Positions 1-11,618 of a DNA stretch of 64,000 nucleotides are shown piece by piece. Position 1 is the first letter of the stretch. Each line of letters begins with the position of its first letter. Below the pieces are notes generated by a model. The model had not been told where the DNA came from and made no database searches. It worked only from the letters and a program-made list of their open reading frames with translations. The DNA is from Octopus bimaculoides (Eukaryota), in NCBI RefSeq assembly GCF_001194135.2, contig NC_069004.1, forward strand, positions 25,919,277 through 25,983,276. The letters run 5' to 3'. The position numbers and the translations under genes were made by a program.

Positions 1-640
1 GGGGGGGGGTTCCACGGGACGTCTTCCAGCCCACAGCTGCTGCGTCAAACGAGAGTAAGGTCCTGGTAAGATGATCTGGCGGGAAGAGGAGGACATGTCC
101 GTACCAATGCATGTGATAGATTCTATGAGGTCGAAGGTTGCGGGCTGATGAGTGCAAACACAAATCTGTCACTCTCATAAATGCGTCCCTCGGAGTGGAT
201 CTTCTGCTAGCTGTGCTACTGTCGGGCATCGCTGACATGTGGGGTTATGTCGATTAACTGTTGTTGCATGTAGGACGGATCTGGCTATCAACCGAGTCCA
301 TAAAGATCGTCCACTCGGGAAGGGCTGACAGTTTTCCTCTACTCGGTGGTGACTGCGAAAAAGGTATGATGGGCAATATTGAGAACAAACACTTTCTTTA
401 TCGACCAAGCCCTCAACAACTTCTAGCTCCATTTGAAGATGCGGTGATGGTGGAGATGTAGTTACAATCCTCCGGTAAATTGCTAAAAGAGTAGCGAGTA
501 TGAATAGTGGGGGACCTACTCAGCATGCTTCTGTGTACTGATTAACACAGTTCGGGAAGAGTACTTGTCCATGGTAGTTAATTTTAACCCGTGATCTATG
601 GTGTTTTTTGATTGATCTCTTGGTACGTTTTACATCTTTT
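1..640 (-). mobile_element. Decayed RTE-clade LINE, C-terminal part of the RT ORF
   Basis: Frameshifted translation includes THQPATFDLI and HWYGHVLLFPPDHLTRTLLSFDAAAVGWKTSRGTPP, resembling the RTE C-terminal RWxGHVxR...W.RPRGRP motif. Left boundary runs off the window; right boundary approximate. Confidence 0.7.
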
Positions 641-1706
641 TTGTCCGTCAGTCCCCATTTTTTTTTCTTTTTCATGCTTGTATTTTCATACTGGTTTTCT
701 GTAACCCACCAACTGTATTTATTGTTTGACCTTTTAACACCTTTGCGGCAGATGGCGTAATGAGTTGCCAGAATCAATAAGAGCTTCGGACAGAATGCTT
801 TGCGGTATTTAATTGCTTCACTTTACGTGTTGAGTTCGGATCTTACCGAAGTTGACTTTACCTTTCTCCATTCCGAAGCCGATAAATCAAATTCAAGACG
901 CTGCAATCGATATATAAAATCCTGGCCTTGTACCTATATTTAAAGAAAGATAAAAATAAAAAACAGCACGGATCTTATGTGGCTCCCGTTTTAAAAAAGA
1001 TCCCTTCTGTTAAGCTGAGAAGAATAAATTAGTTTTCTTCTCTGGCGAAAGATGTTACGTGGTGTTCAAGACTGAAAGGGCTGATAAGTGACACTTTTCT
1101 CTTCGGCCAAACCCTTACTTGGAAAGTGAAGTGGGGAGAGAAAGGTACTGCCTCTCAGTAAAAGTCTTTGGAAGGTAGATGAAACTGGGGAGCATGGTAC
1201 AAATAATCAAATGGTCCTACGCGAAACGACCGCTGGGAGAAGATATCTACCCTTGATGGTCAGTTAGGATTTTGTGGGGTTTCCTCAATCTGGCCCGAGG
1301 CAGCTGTCCCTCCCTTTCGTCGGGCAATTTTTTGTTGGAATTTTTTGTTTTTTTGCCTCGTTTAACTCTTCACTAATTTGATTTATCTTTTCTACGGTCC
1401 TTCTTTCCTTTGGCCACGTTTGGTGAGTAAAGAATTATAATAATGATTCTGTCAATTTCATAATCATCGTCATCAACAAGGCTATAGATTGGCAGAAACC
1501 TTAGAGCGTCGGACAAAACACTTTGCGGTATTTCTTCCGGCTCTTTACGTTCTGAGTTTAAACCGCACTTCTATTAAATTTGCATTTCGTCTTTTCGGGG
1601 TCACTCCAGGTCAGCCTGGATGGAGTGGGCCTGTGACCAAAAACTTTATCGCCGTGACCATCACATATTTTTATACTGTATTTAGGACATCATCCAATGT
1701 GAGCTA

Positions 1707-1870
1707 CCTTTAAAATGGTAGCTATATGATTTGAGTGTGATTTGACTGCTATTTATGGCAGATTTAACAACCACGTCCAAGCTCCTTCCCTTTAAAATGG
1801 TAGCTATATGATTTGAGTGTGATTTGACTGCTATTTCTGGCAGATTTAGCAACCACGTCCAGGCTCCTTC
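1707..1870. repeat. 82-bp tandem duplication (2 units)
   Basis: cctttaaaatggtagctatatgatttgagtgtgatttgactgc...gctccttc starts at 1707 and at 1789 with a few mismatches. Confidence 0.9.
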
Positions 1871-2199
1871 GTTGAATCGGTGGACATATATACACACCAT
1901 CAATATTTTCCTCAGACGAGTCAACGTGGTCGTTTGATGTACTAGAAATAGCAGTCAACTACCCTCAAATCTTACCCCATCGGATTAAAAACTAATAAGA
2001 CATCAGATAATGTAATGCAGCTTCCTCGATACCAGAATGATGGCTAATGCGTTTGATTATAAGATCTCGTTTGATCGTTAACGACCTGGGTCTAAACACC
2101 AACAAACACCTAATCTCCGTCTCTGCTATTTACAACACTCTACAAGTCTATAAAAGCTGGCTGCAGCAGCGCAGCTTTTGTTCTTGACTTTGATTAATT

Positions 2200-2900
2200 A
2201 TATTTTCGTTGTCTGATTCTTCTTTTCTTCTCTTCAATTTCTTTTTCTCACCTTTAGTCTGTGTGCATTTTAACCCCCACCGTCTTTCGTTCTCTCTCAA
2301 TTTCTTGCTTTCTTTTTACTCTTTCTCCCTCTCTAGCTCTCTTTATTTCCCTCCTCCTCCTCCCCCCTCCTCCCCTCTCTCTGCCTTCTATATTTATTTC
2401 AACACATTGTCTCTCATTCTTTTACGTTCTCTTTCTCCCTTTCTCCATTTCTCTCTCTCAATATCTTTTCTCTCTTTGTTCTCCCTCTCTCTCTCTTTCC
2501 AACACGCATTCTTTCTCCCATTCATCGTCATATCTCTTGTTCTTTCAAACATTCTTCTGTTTAAGTGTCCTATATCGTTTTCTTTTTACCTTTTTCCTCT
2601 TTCACTCCCCCTTTCTCTTTTACACTCATCTCTTCTTCTCGTTACATTTTTTGCCCTTTCGTTCTTACTCTTTCACTACTCCCTCTCTCACACATCCCTC
2701 ACTGCTTTCGCTATCGTGTCTTCCACGTGCCTCTACTTTCTCCAGTTGCTCATCTCTGTATTCTCTCTCTCTCTTTCTTTTTTTGTTACTATCTCCTTCA
2801 TTCCCTTTCTTTCACTCAAACTCGCCAAAAAATAATAAAAACCTCTTCAGAGCCTTTCTCCTTTTCTGTCACATGCCCCTCATTCACTCCCCCTCACATT
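2200..2900. repeat. Degenerate CT-rich low-complexity tract
   Basis: Pyrimidine-rich; it produces spurious F/L/S ORFs in three frames. Confidence 0.9.
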
Positions 2901-3054
2901 ACGCGCACTTTGCTTTCGCACACTCACACACATAAACACATATACGCGTGTTCTTTGCTCTTCAATTACACGGTTGGTCTTGCAAGATGGTAACTATCTT
3001 TCCTGTTTTCTATAACTTCGTGAACACACACACATACACACACGGAGGTAAAGT

Positions 3055-3481
3055 CGAATATGTACGTAAGCAACGACCTTATTTCTCTAAACAAGAGGGG
3101 TTCACGTAGAACCGACATGCTGGAATCCTCAAAAGTCCACACAACTACAAAATTTATAATCTTTTGTTTATAAAATATACTATAGAACGGTAATTAAATT
3201 AGCTTAATTAATTTCCACAGTAATCGTCAGTTCATAACGTTATTTGGTTCATGAAGTATTTATTTTATTCTACACGTGTGGAATCGCCGAAACCCTGCAA
3301 AAATTCTCGCGTGTGCTGTTTTAACGTCTACAGAATATACCATAAAACGGTAATAAACTTGGTTTAATTGATCTTAATATTTACTTACGTAAAATTATTA
3401 ATTATTTGTAAATTAGGTGAATTATCGTTTCTATGAACTCTTTTGATTTGTCTCGGAGGTCGTTGCTTACGTACATATTCG
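3055..3481. mobile_element. MITE / non-autonomous DNA transposon with perfect 25-bp TIRs
   Basis: cgaatatgtacgtaagcaacgacct (3055-3079) and its exact reverse complement (3457-3481); AT-rich non-coding interior. Confidence 0.8.
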
Positions 3482-6294
3482 GCAACATACACACGTATAT
3501 AAAATGTGGTGTCTTTCCCTAGAGCAAATATATTGATTTATTAGTTCTGTATTTATGTTTATATCATTATTTATTGTATAAATTATTTCAAGCCACTTAA
3601 CATCTTAATTGCTGTTTCATATCCTACCCCGGGGAGACCAATCGTCAAATCGAGGTAGCTTGGTAGTAAGTCGGGTACAGTCGGCTGATACATTCGAATT
3701 AACGAGATTTAATAGTAACCAAATTGCTTCAAGATTTATTTAAGGTTGTTCTTCGTAGAGTTCAAACCGGTCACTGATAAAGTGACAAGGATTTCTTGAT
3801 TTGAATCGAAGACAGTTCCAGGTATTTGTGCGTGAGTTTAGTATGTGCAATAGATGTATGATAGGTGTGTATGTGTATGTCATACAATGCCTGCAGAGGA
3901 TGCGTATGTGTCTAATGAGTAAAAGAAAAAAGAAACTGCATGCCTATCTCTCTATCCCTCTCTATCTATTTGTGTCTCTGTACACACACATGCTTATTCT
4001 CTGTATGTGCGTGTTATATGTACTGTTAGCTGTCTATTTATCAATTTCAATGGGTCACAATGTGTGTCTAATTGATGCACGAGTTTTCTCTATATTTCAA
4101 TTATTCATAAATCACACTCCAATGGTATTTTCGTAATTACTTTCTGTTCAGACTCGCTAGTAGCGTGTGTTTATTCTAACACCGTGATCACACCTATGCT
4201 CAAAGAGCATTCTAACAATTACAATTATACGTCTTTTGTTGTTGTTTAACACAAGGTCAGTCGTGATAGAGCAAGGTCTATGATCAAACGCCTTATAGCC
4301 ATTAATCATCCCAAACTCCGGCAGTTTTTCTAATTGTCTCAACTGTCAAAATGTTGCCAGCTGATTTCTCGACGTTCTCAGCAGTTTATGGAAATTTAAT
4401 TTTTTTTTTTTTTTGTACCTTGTTTTCAGTAAAGTCTTACATGCGCTGGTGATTGCGACACACTTTTCGCAGTGCCTTTCATCTGATCGAGATTGTCGAA
4501 CACTCACGTATATAAAAATAAATCAATAAAGAATTTTCCAATTTCATTCGAATATTTTATGTCTAGCACTATTTTTTTTTTTAAAACCCTGTCGTATGTA
4601 GTTTAAGGGAGATTTGTTTATTATTTCTAACAGGTCGATCGACCACGTAGAGGTCCATTCTTTAGTTCACTAATTCGGTATTGATGTCTCTGCTGTTATT
4701 GCAAAGGTCATAACATGACTAGAGAGTTGAGCTCCCAGCAAGTTGACCCCAACCTCCGTGGCTCAGTCTCAGGTCTTTGTTTTATTTGGGTTTTATTTTT
4801 TCTATTGCCACTTCACATCTTCAATTGGGGTAACCATGTATGTCCCCTACTTCAAGACACCTGTGTCTGTCCCTTAATCATACTTCAGCCTCATCACCTA
4901 GCATAAAGCCACCTTTCTCAACACTACCCCCACCTGCCTCAGTATGGTGTTGCAAGTTACTTGATCTCACTAGTGTCCCATAAAAAGCACCCATTACATT
5001 CTGTAAAGTGGTTGGTGTTAGGAAGGGCATCCAGCTGTCGAGACCACCCCAAATGCAATCCTAGTAAAATAAATAGTGGTGTTGGTGGTCATTTTCACTT
5101 TTGTAGGCGTGGCTGTGTGTTAAGAAGCTTGCTTTCTAACCACCTGGCTTTGGGTTCAGTCCCACTGTGTGGCACCTTGGGCAAGTGTCATAGCCTTGCT
5201 GGTACCATGTAAAATTCACTCGTGCCAATTCTGTGTAAACACCCAGTACACTTAAGTAGTTGGTGCTAGGAAGGGCATCCAGCTGTAGAAACCCTGCCAC
5301 AACAAACAATTTGGAGCCTGGCTGACTAGCATGGAAATGGATGTTAAACGATGATGACAATGTAACTAGAAATTGAAACTGTAAAACTTGTGTTGCTAAC
5401 ACTTTTAAAAAATAAAAAAACAATTTCTTATGACCACTTCTCTTTGATGGAATCGTAGCAGGGAACACCATTGTGATTGATATGTGGTATGTCTTGAGTA
5501 TTTCTAGACTTGGTAGACCCATCTCTCTCCATGTCTGATCACAGCTGATTCTTTCCAGAAAGACAGACAGATGCAAAGAAAGAGTGGGAGAAAATCTTGG
5601 TGAGATTTGAACTCAGTGTATAGATTGCTGAAAGAATTACCACAGAGCAATCTATTTGACATGCTAATTACTCTGTTAATTGGCTGCCTTGTCACTAATT
5701 AATACTTTTCTGTCATTAACATGTTTTTGTAAGAAACATTATTTTTATTCTTTTTAGTTAATACAGGTACAGGTTTGGTTACCTGGTTAGGAAGCTTGCT
5801 TCCCAACCACATGGTTTCAGGTTCAGTCCTACTGCATGGCACACTGTCTTCTATTATAATAACCACAGGCCAACCAAAGCCTTTCTGTGTATTTAGTAGA
5901 TGGAAATTGGAAGAAGCCTGTTATATATACCCCACCACTGCTTTACTACCATTGTTGGTTTCTTTACATCCCTGTAACTTATCAGTTCAGCAAAAGAGAT
6001 CAATAGAATAACTATCAGGTTGGTGTATCCCAGCATGGCCACAGTTCAATGATAGAAACAAGTAAGATATGATATACAATAATATATGTAGTTTGCCTCT
6101 ATACTGTTCCTTTTCATGTTTCACCCTTGGGACAGAAGAAAGCAATAAAAGAAGCTAAGGACGTGCCCTGACACATCTTTACCATTTTCTTTCTTTTTCA
6201 TTTGGGGTAACCATGTATGTCCCCTACAGCGAGACCCCTGTGATCTTGTCCCTTCAACCTCTCATCACCTAGCATAAAGCCACCTTTCTCAACA

Positions 6295-6297
6295 CTG

Positions 6298-6365
<68 letters not shown>
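6295..6365. repeat. (CT)n microsatellite
   Basis: Directly visible. Confidence 0.95.
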
Positions 6366-6368
<3 letters not shown>

Positions 6369-8820
6369 CCTTTTGTATGTTACTAATCCTGGTGCTACAT
6401 AAAAAGCAACCAATACACTATAAGATGGTGTTGGGAAGGGCAACCAACTGCAGAAACCATCCCAAAGAAGACATTGGCGCTCGGTGCACTCCTTTGGCTT
6501 GGTGCACTCCTTTGGCTTGCCAGCTCTTGTCAAACTGTCCAACTCCTGCCAACATAGAAAACCGACATTAAATAATGATGTTGAGTTGTCTTATTTTTCA
6601 TTGTCTGTTTTCACTGCCCTATTTATGATGGATTGGTAGACTTGCTTTATTTCTTTCGGCTATTTACACTCTGAGTTCAAATCCCTCTGAGGCCAGATTT
6701 ACTTTTTATCCTTCAAGGGTTGATTAAAACGAAGTACCAGATACCAGTCATATTGAGTTAATGGTATCAACTAATTCCCTCCCCTCAAAATTGTTGGCTT
6801 TGTGCTTAAATCTCAGATCATTGGCCTAGCTCTCCATCAGTTACTGCAATGAAGATTCTAGTTGATCCAAACAACAGAACAACCTGTTCATGAAATTAAC
6901 ATGTAAACAGCTGAGTACTCCACAAACATGCCTATCCTTAACTTAGTTCTCAGGGAGATTCAACATGACATAGAATGCAACGAAGAGCTGGCATTTGAAA
7001 TACAGGCACAACTCATTGTTACCAGCTGAGTAGAGTGGAGCAACGTGAAATAAAGTGGCTTGCTCAAGAACACAACACACCACCAGGAATCGAACTAAAG
7101 ACCTTACGACCATGGGCTGAATACCCCAGCCACTAAGCCATTTGCATATCATTACTGTAATGAGAAACAGTGAGATGACAGAGTAATTAGTGCATTGGAT
7201 AAAATGCTTAGTGACCTTTGTTCTCGCTCTTTATGTTCTGAGTTCAAATCCTACTAAGGTCAACATTTACCTTTAATCCTTTCAGGGTTTATATGGCTGT
7301 GTGGTTAAGAAGCTTGCTGTTCAACCACATGGTTTTGGGTTTAGTCCTACTGTGTGTCACCTTGGGCACCTGTCTTCTGCTATAGCCTCAGGTTGAGTGA
7401 AGCCTTCTAATTGAATTTAGTTGGATGAAGTTTCCGTTGTGTGTGAAAGTGCTCATGCCTCCTTTAACAGATAGCATCAATCAAGTGCTGGCATCAATGG
7501 TATCAACTAAATCCCTCTCCTCAAATTTGCTGATATTGTGCCAAAATATGAAAGAATAAGGCAGCAAATTGGCAGAATTCTTAGTCTCAGACAAAGTGCA
7601 TAACTGTATTTCTTCCAGTTTATCAGGTTCTGAACTCAATTTCCGCATCAGTCAATTTTGCCTTTCATCTCACCAGGATCAATAAAATAGATTACCATTC
7701 AAGCACTGGGGTCAATAACTGACTTAGGCCCCCTTCTAGAATTGCTGGCTTTGTGCCAAAATTTTAAACCATTATTATTATTATTGTTGTTATTATTTAT
7801 TATTATTGAGTGAGAGAGCAGCACATGCTATCAAAGTGAATTCAAATTCCACTGAGGTTAACTTTGCCGTTCATCCTTTCGGGGTCGATAAATTAAGTAC
7901 CAGTTGAGTACTGGGGTTGGTGTACTCTCCTCCCCCACCCACAAAAAAAAAACATTCATGCTTTGTGCCTATAATAGAAAGGATTATTATTGATATTGGG
8001 GTACAAATATATGAAGCCCAGTATACCCATCAAGACTACCCATCTGATAAGGGTACACCAGGCACATGCATCACAACCCTATGTGCATGACATGGTAACC
8101 TTATATCAAGATAAACAGTGTATGACCTTGCAGGTGGGGCCCTGTTAGGATTTTCTTCAGGTTATGGTAAGCTGGCAGAATCATTAGCATGTTGGACAAG
8201 ATGTTTAGTAGCATTTTGTCTGTATGTACTGAGTTCAAATTGCACAGTTCAACTTTGCCTTTCTTTCTTTCAGGGTCATAAAATAAGTACCATTCAGTTA
8301 CTGAAGTTAATGTAATCAACTCGTCCCCTTCCCCCCAAATTTCAGGCCTTGTACCTATCGTACAAAGGATTATTATTAAGGTGGTGAGCTGGCAAAATCT
8401 TTAGCATGTATGTAGGTCCTTATCGATAATAAAAAAAATTAATCATTAGCATGCTGGACAAAATGCTTAGTGCTATTTCACCTGTCGCTATGTTCTAAGT
8501 TCAAGTCCTGCCAAGGTCGACTTTGCCTTTCATTCTTCTGGGGTCGATAAAATGAGCACCAGTGAAACACTAGGGTCAATGTAATTGACTAGTCCCCTAC
8601 CCCAAAATTTCAGGCCTTGGGCCTTTAGTAGAAAGGATTTATTATTATTAGTAGTATTATTATTATTGGATAGATGCTGTTCTGTCTATCGTTCTTCTCT
8701 TCAGATTTCTTCCCCTTGTGATAACTGAAAAATTGTTTTAATTTTGGAATGTTTTATTTTCTTTTACTAATTATTGTTTTTATTTCTCTTTGCAGCTAAA
8801 ATATCTTTGAAGTTGGCAGG

Positions 8821-9433
8821 ATGTTACTCCGGCTTCACCAAACTGCCCTTTTGGCAGGAAACTTAGGATCCAGTGTGCTAAAATTATCTGCACGATGCAG
8901 TCGTGGTCTGAAGACAACTGCCTGCCGCTTTTCCTCCGAGGGCACCGTACCAGGAACTCCTTACAAAAACCTCAGCATCGGTATCCCCAAAGAGATATTT
9001 CCAAATGAAAGGCGAGTTGCAGTTTCCCCGGCAAGTGTGGCCACGTTGACCAAGAAGGGGTTTAAGGTCACCATCGAGGAAAACGCTGGCACCGAAGCAA
9101 AATTCATGAATGATGACTATGCTTCTTCAGGTGCTGCCATTGTTGACAAATCGGCAATTTACAAGAACGATTTCATTCTCAAAGTAAGAAGCCCGCTTCC
9201 TGAGGAAGTGCCGTTATTTCAAGACAATACAACACTCATCAGCTTCCTATATCCGGCCCAGAACAAGGAACTTGTAGATTTGATGGCCAAGAAGAAACTA
9301 ACAGTTTTTGCTATGGACTGTGTTCCCAGAATCAGTAGGGCTCAGGTTTTTGATGCCCTCAGTTCAATGGCCAATATTGCTGGCTACAAAGCTGTTTTAG
9401 AAGCTGCAAACAACTTTGGAAGATTTTTCACAG
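8821..9433 (+). CDS. NNT: NNT first coding exon: mitochondrial presequence and start of NAD(H)-binding domain I
   Basis: MLLRLHQT...GIPKEIFPNERRVAVSPASV...RISRAQVFDALSSMANIAGYKAVLEAANNFGRFFTG is classic transhydrogenase domain I. ttgcag acceptor at 8795 upstream of the ATG; donor acag|gtgag, phase 1. Confidence 0.97.
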
Positions 9434-10003
9434 GTGAGATTTAATCTTGTTATCAACGTTACTGTCGTTGTTGTTGTTGTTGTTGTTGTTTAACACTGGG
9501 TCTACCACTCCTGGACAAACATTACTGAAGGCACTCTAGCTGTGACCTTCCCATTTTTATCAGGAGTATGTTAGATTGCATTATTTGTATCCTACTTCAT
9601 TTGAGGGAGGATTGGCTATTTCTTTCTGCTTGAGTGACAACATGAAAGCTGTTTTCATTTGCCCACAGCATAAAAGTTGTTTTTACTTACATTCTTAAGC
9701 TCTTTCATCCCTAGGGATCATAAGCCACTGATGACTTTTCTCTTCTGTTCTCAACTCTGGGCTGTCTTTTTCTGCACCATATCCTGTTTTCCTGCGGAAA
9801 AGTCTTCCTCTCCCAAGTCTCATTGGTTTCGAATTATCATCAATGCTTCTGTAATTTTGCTTTATATATTTTTTGTTTGTTAGTGAAGTTGATCCTATGC
9901 AGACCCATTTTTACTTCTGGGAAGATGTGGTCCATATTGGTCTGGCATCTGTCTTTTGATATGTCCAGCATGGAAAGCCTTATGAAGAGCTTACATTCTG
10001 CTG

Positions 10004-10384
10004 GGTGGAGGCGCAATGGCCCAGTGGTTAGGGCAGCGGACTTGCAGTAGTAGGATCACAGTTTCGATTCCCAGACCAGGCGTTGTGAGTGTTTATTGAA
10101 TGAAAACACCTAAAGTTCCACGAGGCTCTGGCAGGGGATGGTGGCGAACCCTGCTGTACTTTTCCACCACAACTTTCTCTCACTCTTTCTTCCTGTTTCT
10201 GTTGTACCTGTATTTCAAAGGGCCAGCCTTGTCACACTGTCACGCTGAATATCCCCAAGAACTACGTTAAGGGTACACGTGTCTGTGGAGTGCTCAGCCA
10301 CTTGCACGATAATCTCACGAGCAGGCTGTTCCATTGATCGGATCAACTGGAACCCTCGTCGTAACCGATGGAGTGCCAACCAAC
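10004..10384 (+). mobile_element. tRNA-derived SINE, family A (further copies 17782-18155 +, 34210-34590 -, 39132-39557 +)
   Basis: A box TGGCCCAGTGG, B box GTTTCGATTCC, shared ~380-nt body ending ggagtgccaac. The 39132 copy has a 13-bp TSD aatgcaacatagg (39119-39131 / 39558-39570). Confidence 0.9.
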
Positions 10385-11112
10385 CACATTCTTCTGGCAT
10401 TTGCTCTTAAGGTGCAAGAATGGTCATGTGGTTAAGAAGCTCACTTGGCAACTATATGGTTTCCATATCCAGTTCCACTATGTTGCACCTTGGACATGTA
10501 TCGTCTTCTGTAGCCCTGGGCTGACTAATGCCTTGTGGGTCAATTTGCTTGACAGAAATTAGAAGCCTCTGTGTGTGTGTGTGTGTGTGTGCACACGTGC
10601 ATTGTGTGTAAAAGTGTGTACATGTGTTTGTGTATAAATGCGTATGTGTTTGCATGTAAATGTATGTGTGCGTGTCTTTGTATTTTTACCCTCGCCACCC
10701 GACAACTGGTAAGTGAAAATGATTACTGGAGTCAGTTTGTTTGACCGAACCTTTCAAGGGAATGCTCCAGCATGGCTGCAGTCCAATGACAAATGAGTAA
10801 AAAATAAAAGAAAATAACTCTGCATATATCTGCTTTTATACATACACAATAAAAGAATTTTAATAAATTAGAAATATATACTTGTGCATTCAGTACAATT
10901 GGTCCCCCGACTCCTTACTTTGTTATCTAAAATCCATGTCACTGGGCCCTTTTACTTTCAATTATGCATATTACTCTGGGCTAATGGGTTTTTTTTTTTT
11001 TTTATATACTGTGTTCAATTGTCTGAAACTGATTGGAGGTGTACCTTATATCTAAAACTATAAAAAAAAAATTCAGCTTCAAATTAACTTTGAAATTAAA
11101 CTTCTGTTCATT

Positions 11113-11377
11113 TACATTATTTACATTTGACAGATATTTGGCGTAGTGGTTAAGAGCATGAGCTACTAACCCCAAGATTCTGAGTTCGATTCCAAGCAGT
11201 GACCTGAATAATAATAATAGTGATATCGAAAAATACCTAAAAAATACCTTAGGAATGAGAACCCAGGTTCAAAATTTCCCCAAGACACCTGATGAATGCT
11301 GGAGGGTATATCAGCCAAAATATTGTGTTAACAACAAACATGATGAGGACAAATATCCGTCAAATATAAATAATGTA
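11113..11377 (+). mobile_element. Small element: tRNA-like head plus hammerhead-like tail, bracketed by 28-bp inverted repeats
   Basis: A box 11139-11149, B box 11182-11193, CTGATGA 11289-11295, inverted repeats 11113-11140 / 11350-11377 (26/28). Confidence 0.75.
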
Positions 11378-11430
11378 CATAATTCTTTTGTTGATGTCTA
11401 ATTTTCTTCTGATTCTCCTCTCCTTCACAG

Positions 11431-11618
11431 GTCAAATCACTGCCGCTGGAAAAGTACCACCTGCCAAAGTACTCGTCATTGGAGGAGGTGTGGCTGGTTT
11501 GTCTGCTATTGGCACTGCCAAAAACATGGGGGCTATAGTAAGGGCTTTTGATACCAGGGCCGCCGTGAAAGAACAAGTCGAGTCATTTGGTGCAGAATTC
11601 CTGGAAGTCAATGTCAAG
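11431..11618 (+). CDS. NNT: NNT coding exon 2 (Rossmann GxGxxG region)
   Basis: [63 protein letters not shown]; cacag|gt...aag|gtcagt; phases 1/0. Confidence 0.97.

Noticed and set aside
2209-2993. Overlapping 142-224 aa ORFs rich in F/L/S
   Set aside because: By-products of a CT-rich low-complexity tract that lacks stop codons; same for 20985-21464 and 26176-26802.
10004-10075. tRNA genes at SINE heads (also 11139-11200, 17782 and 39132)
   Set aside because: A and B boxes are present but there is no complete cloverleaf or acceptor stem, and they continue into repeat bodies.
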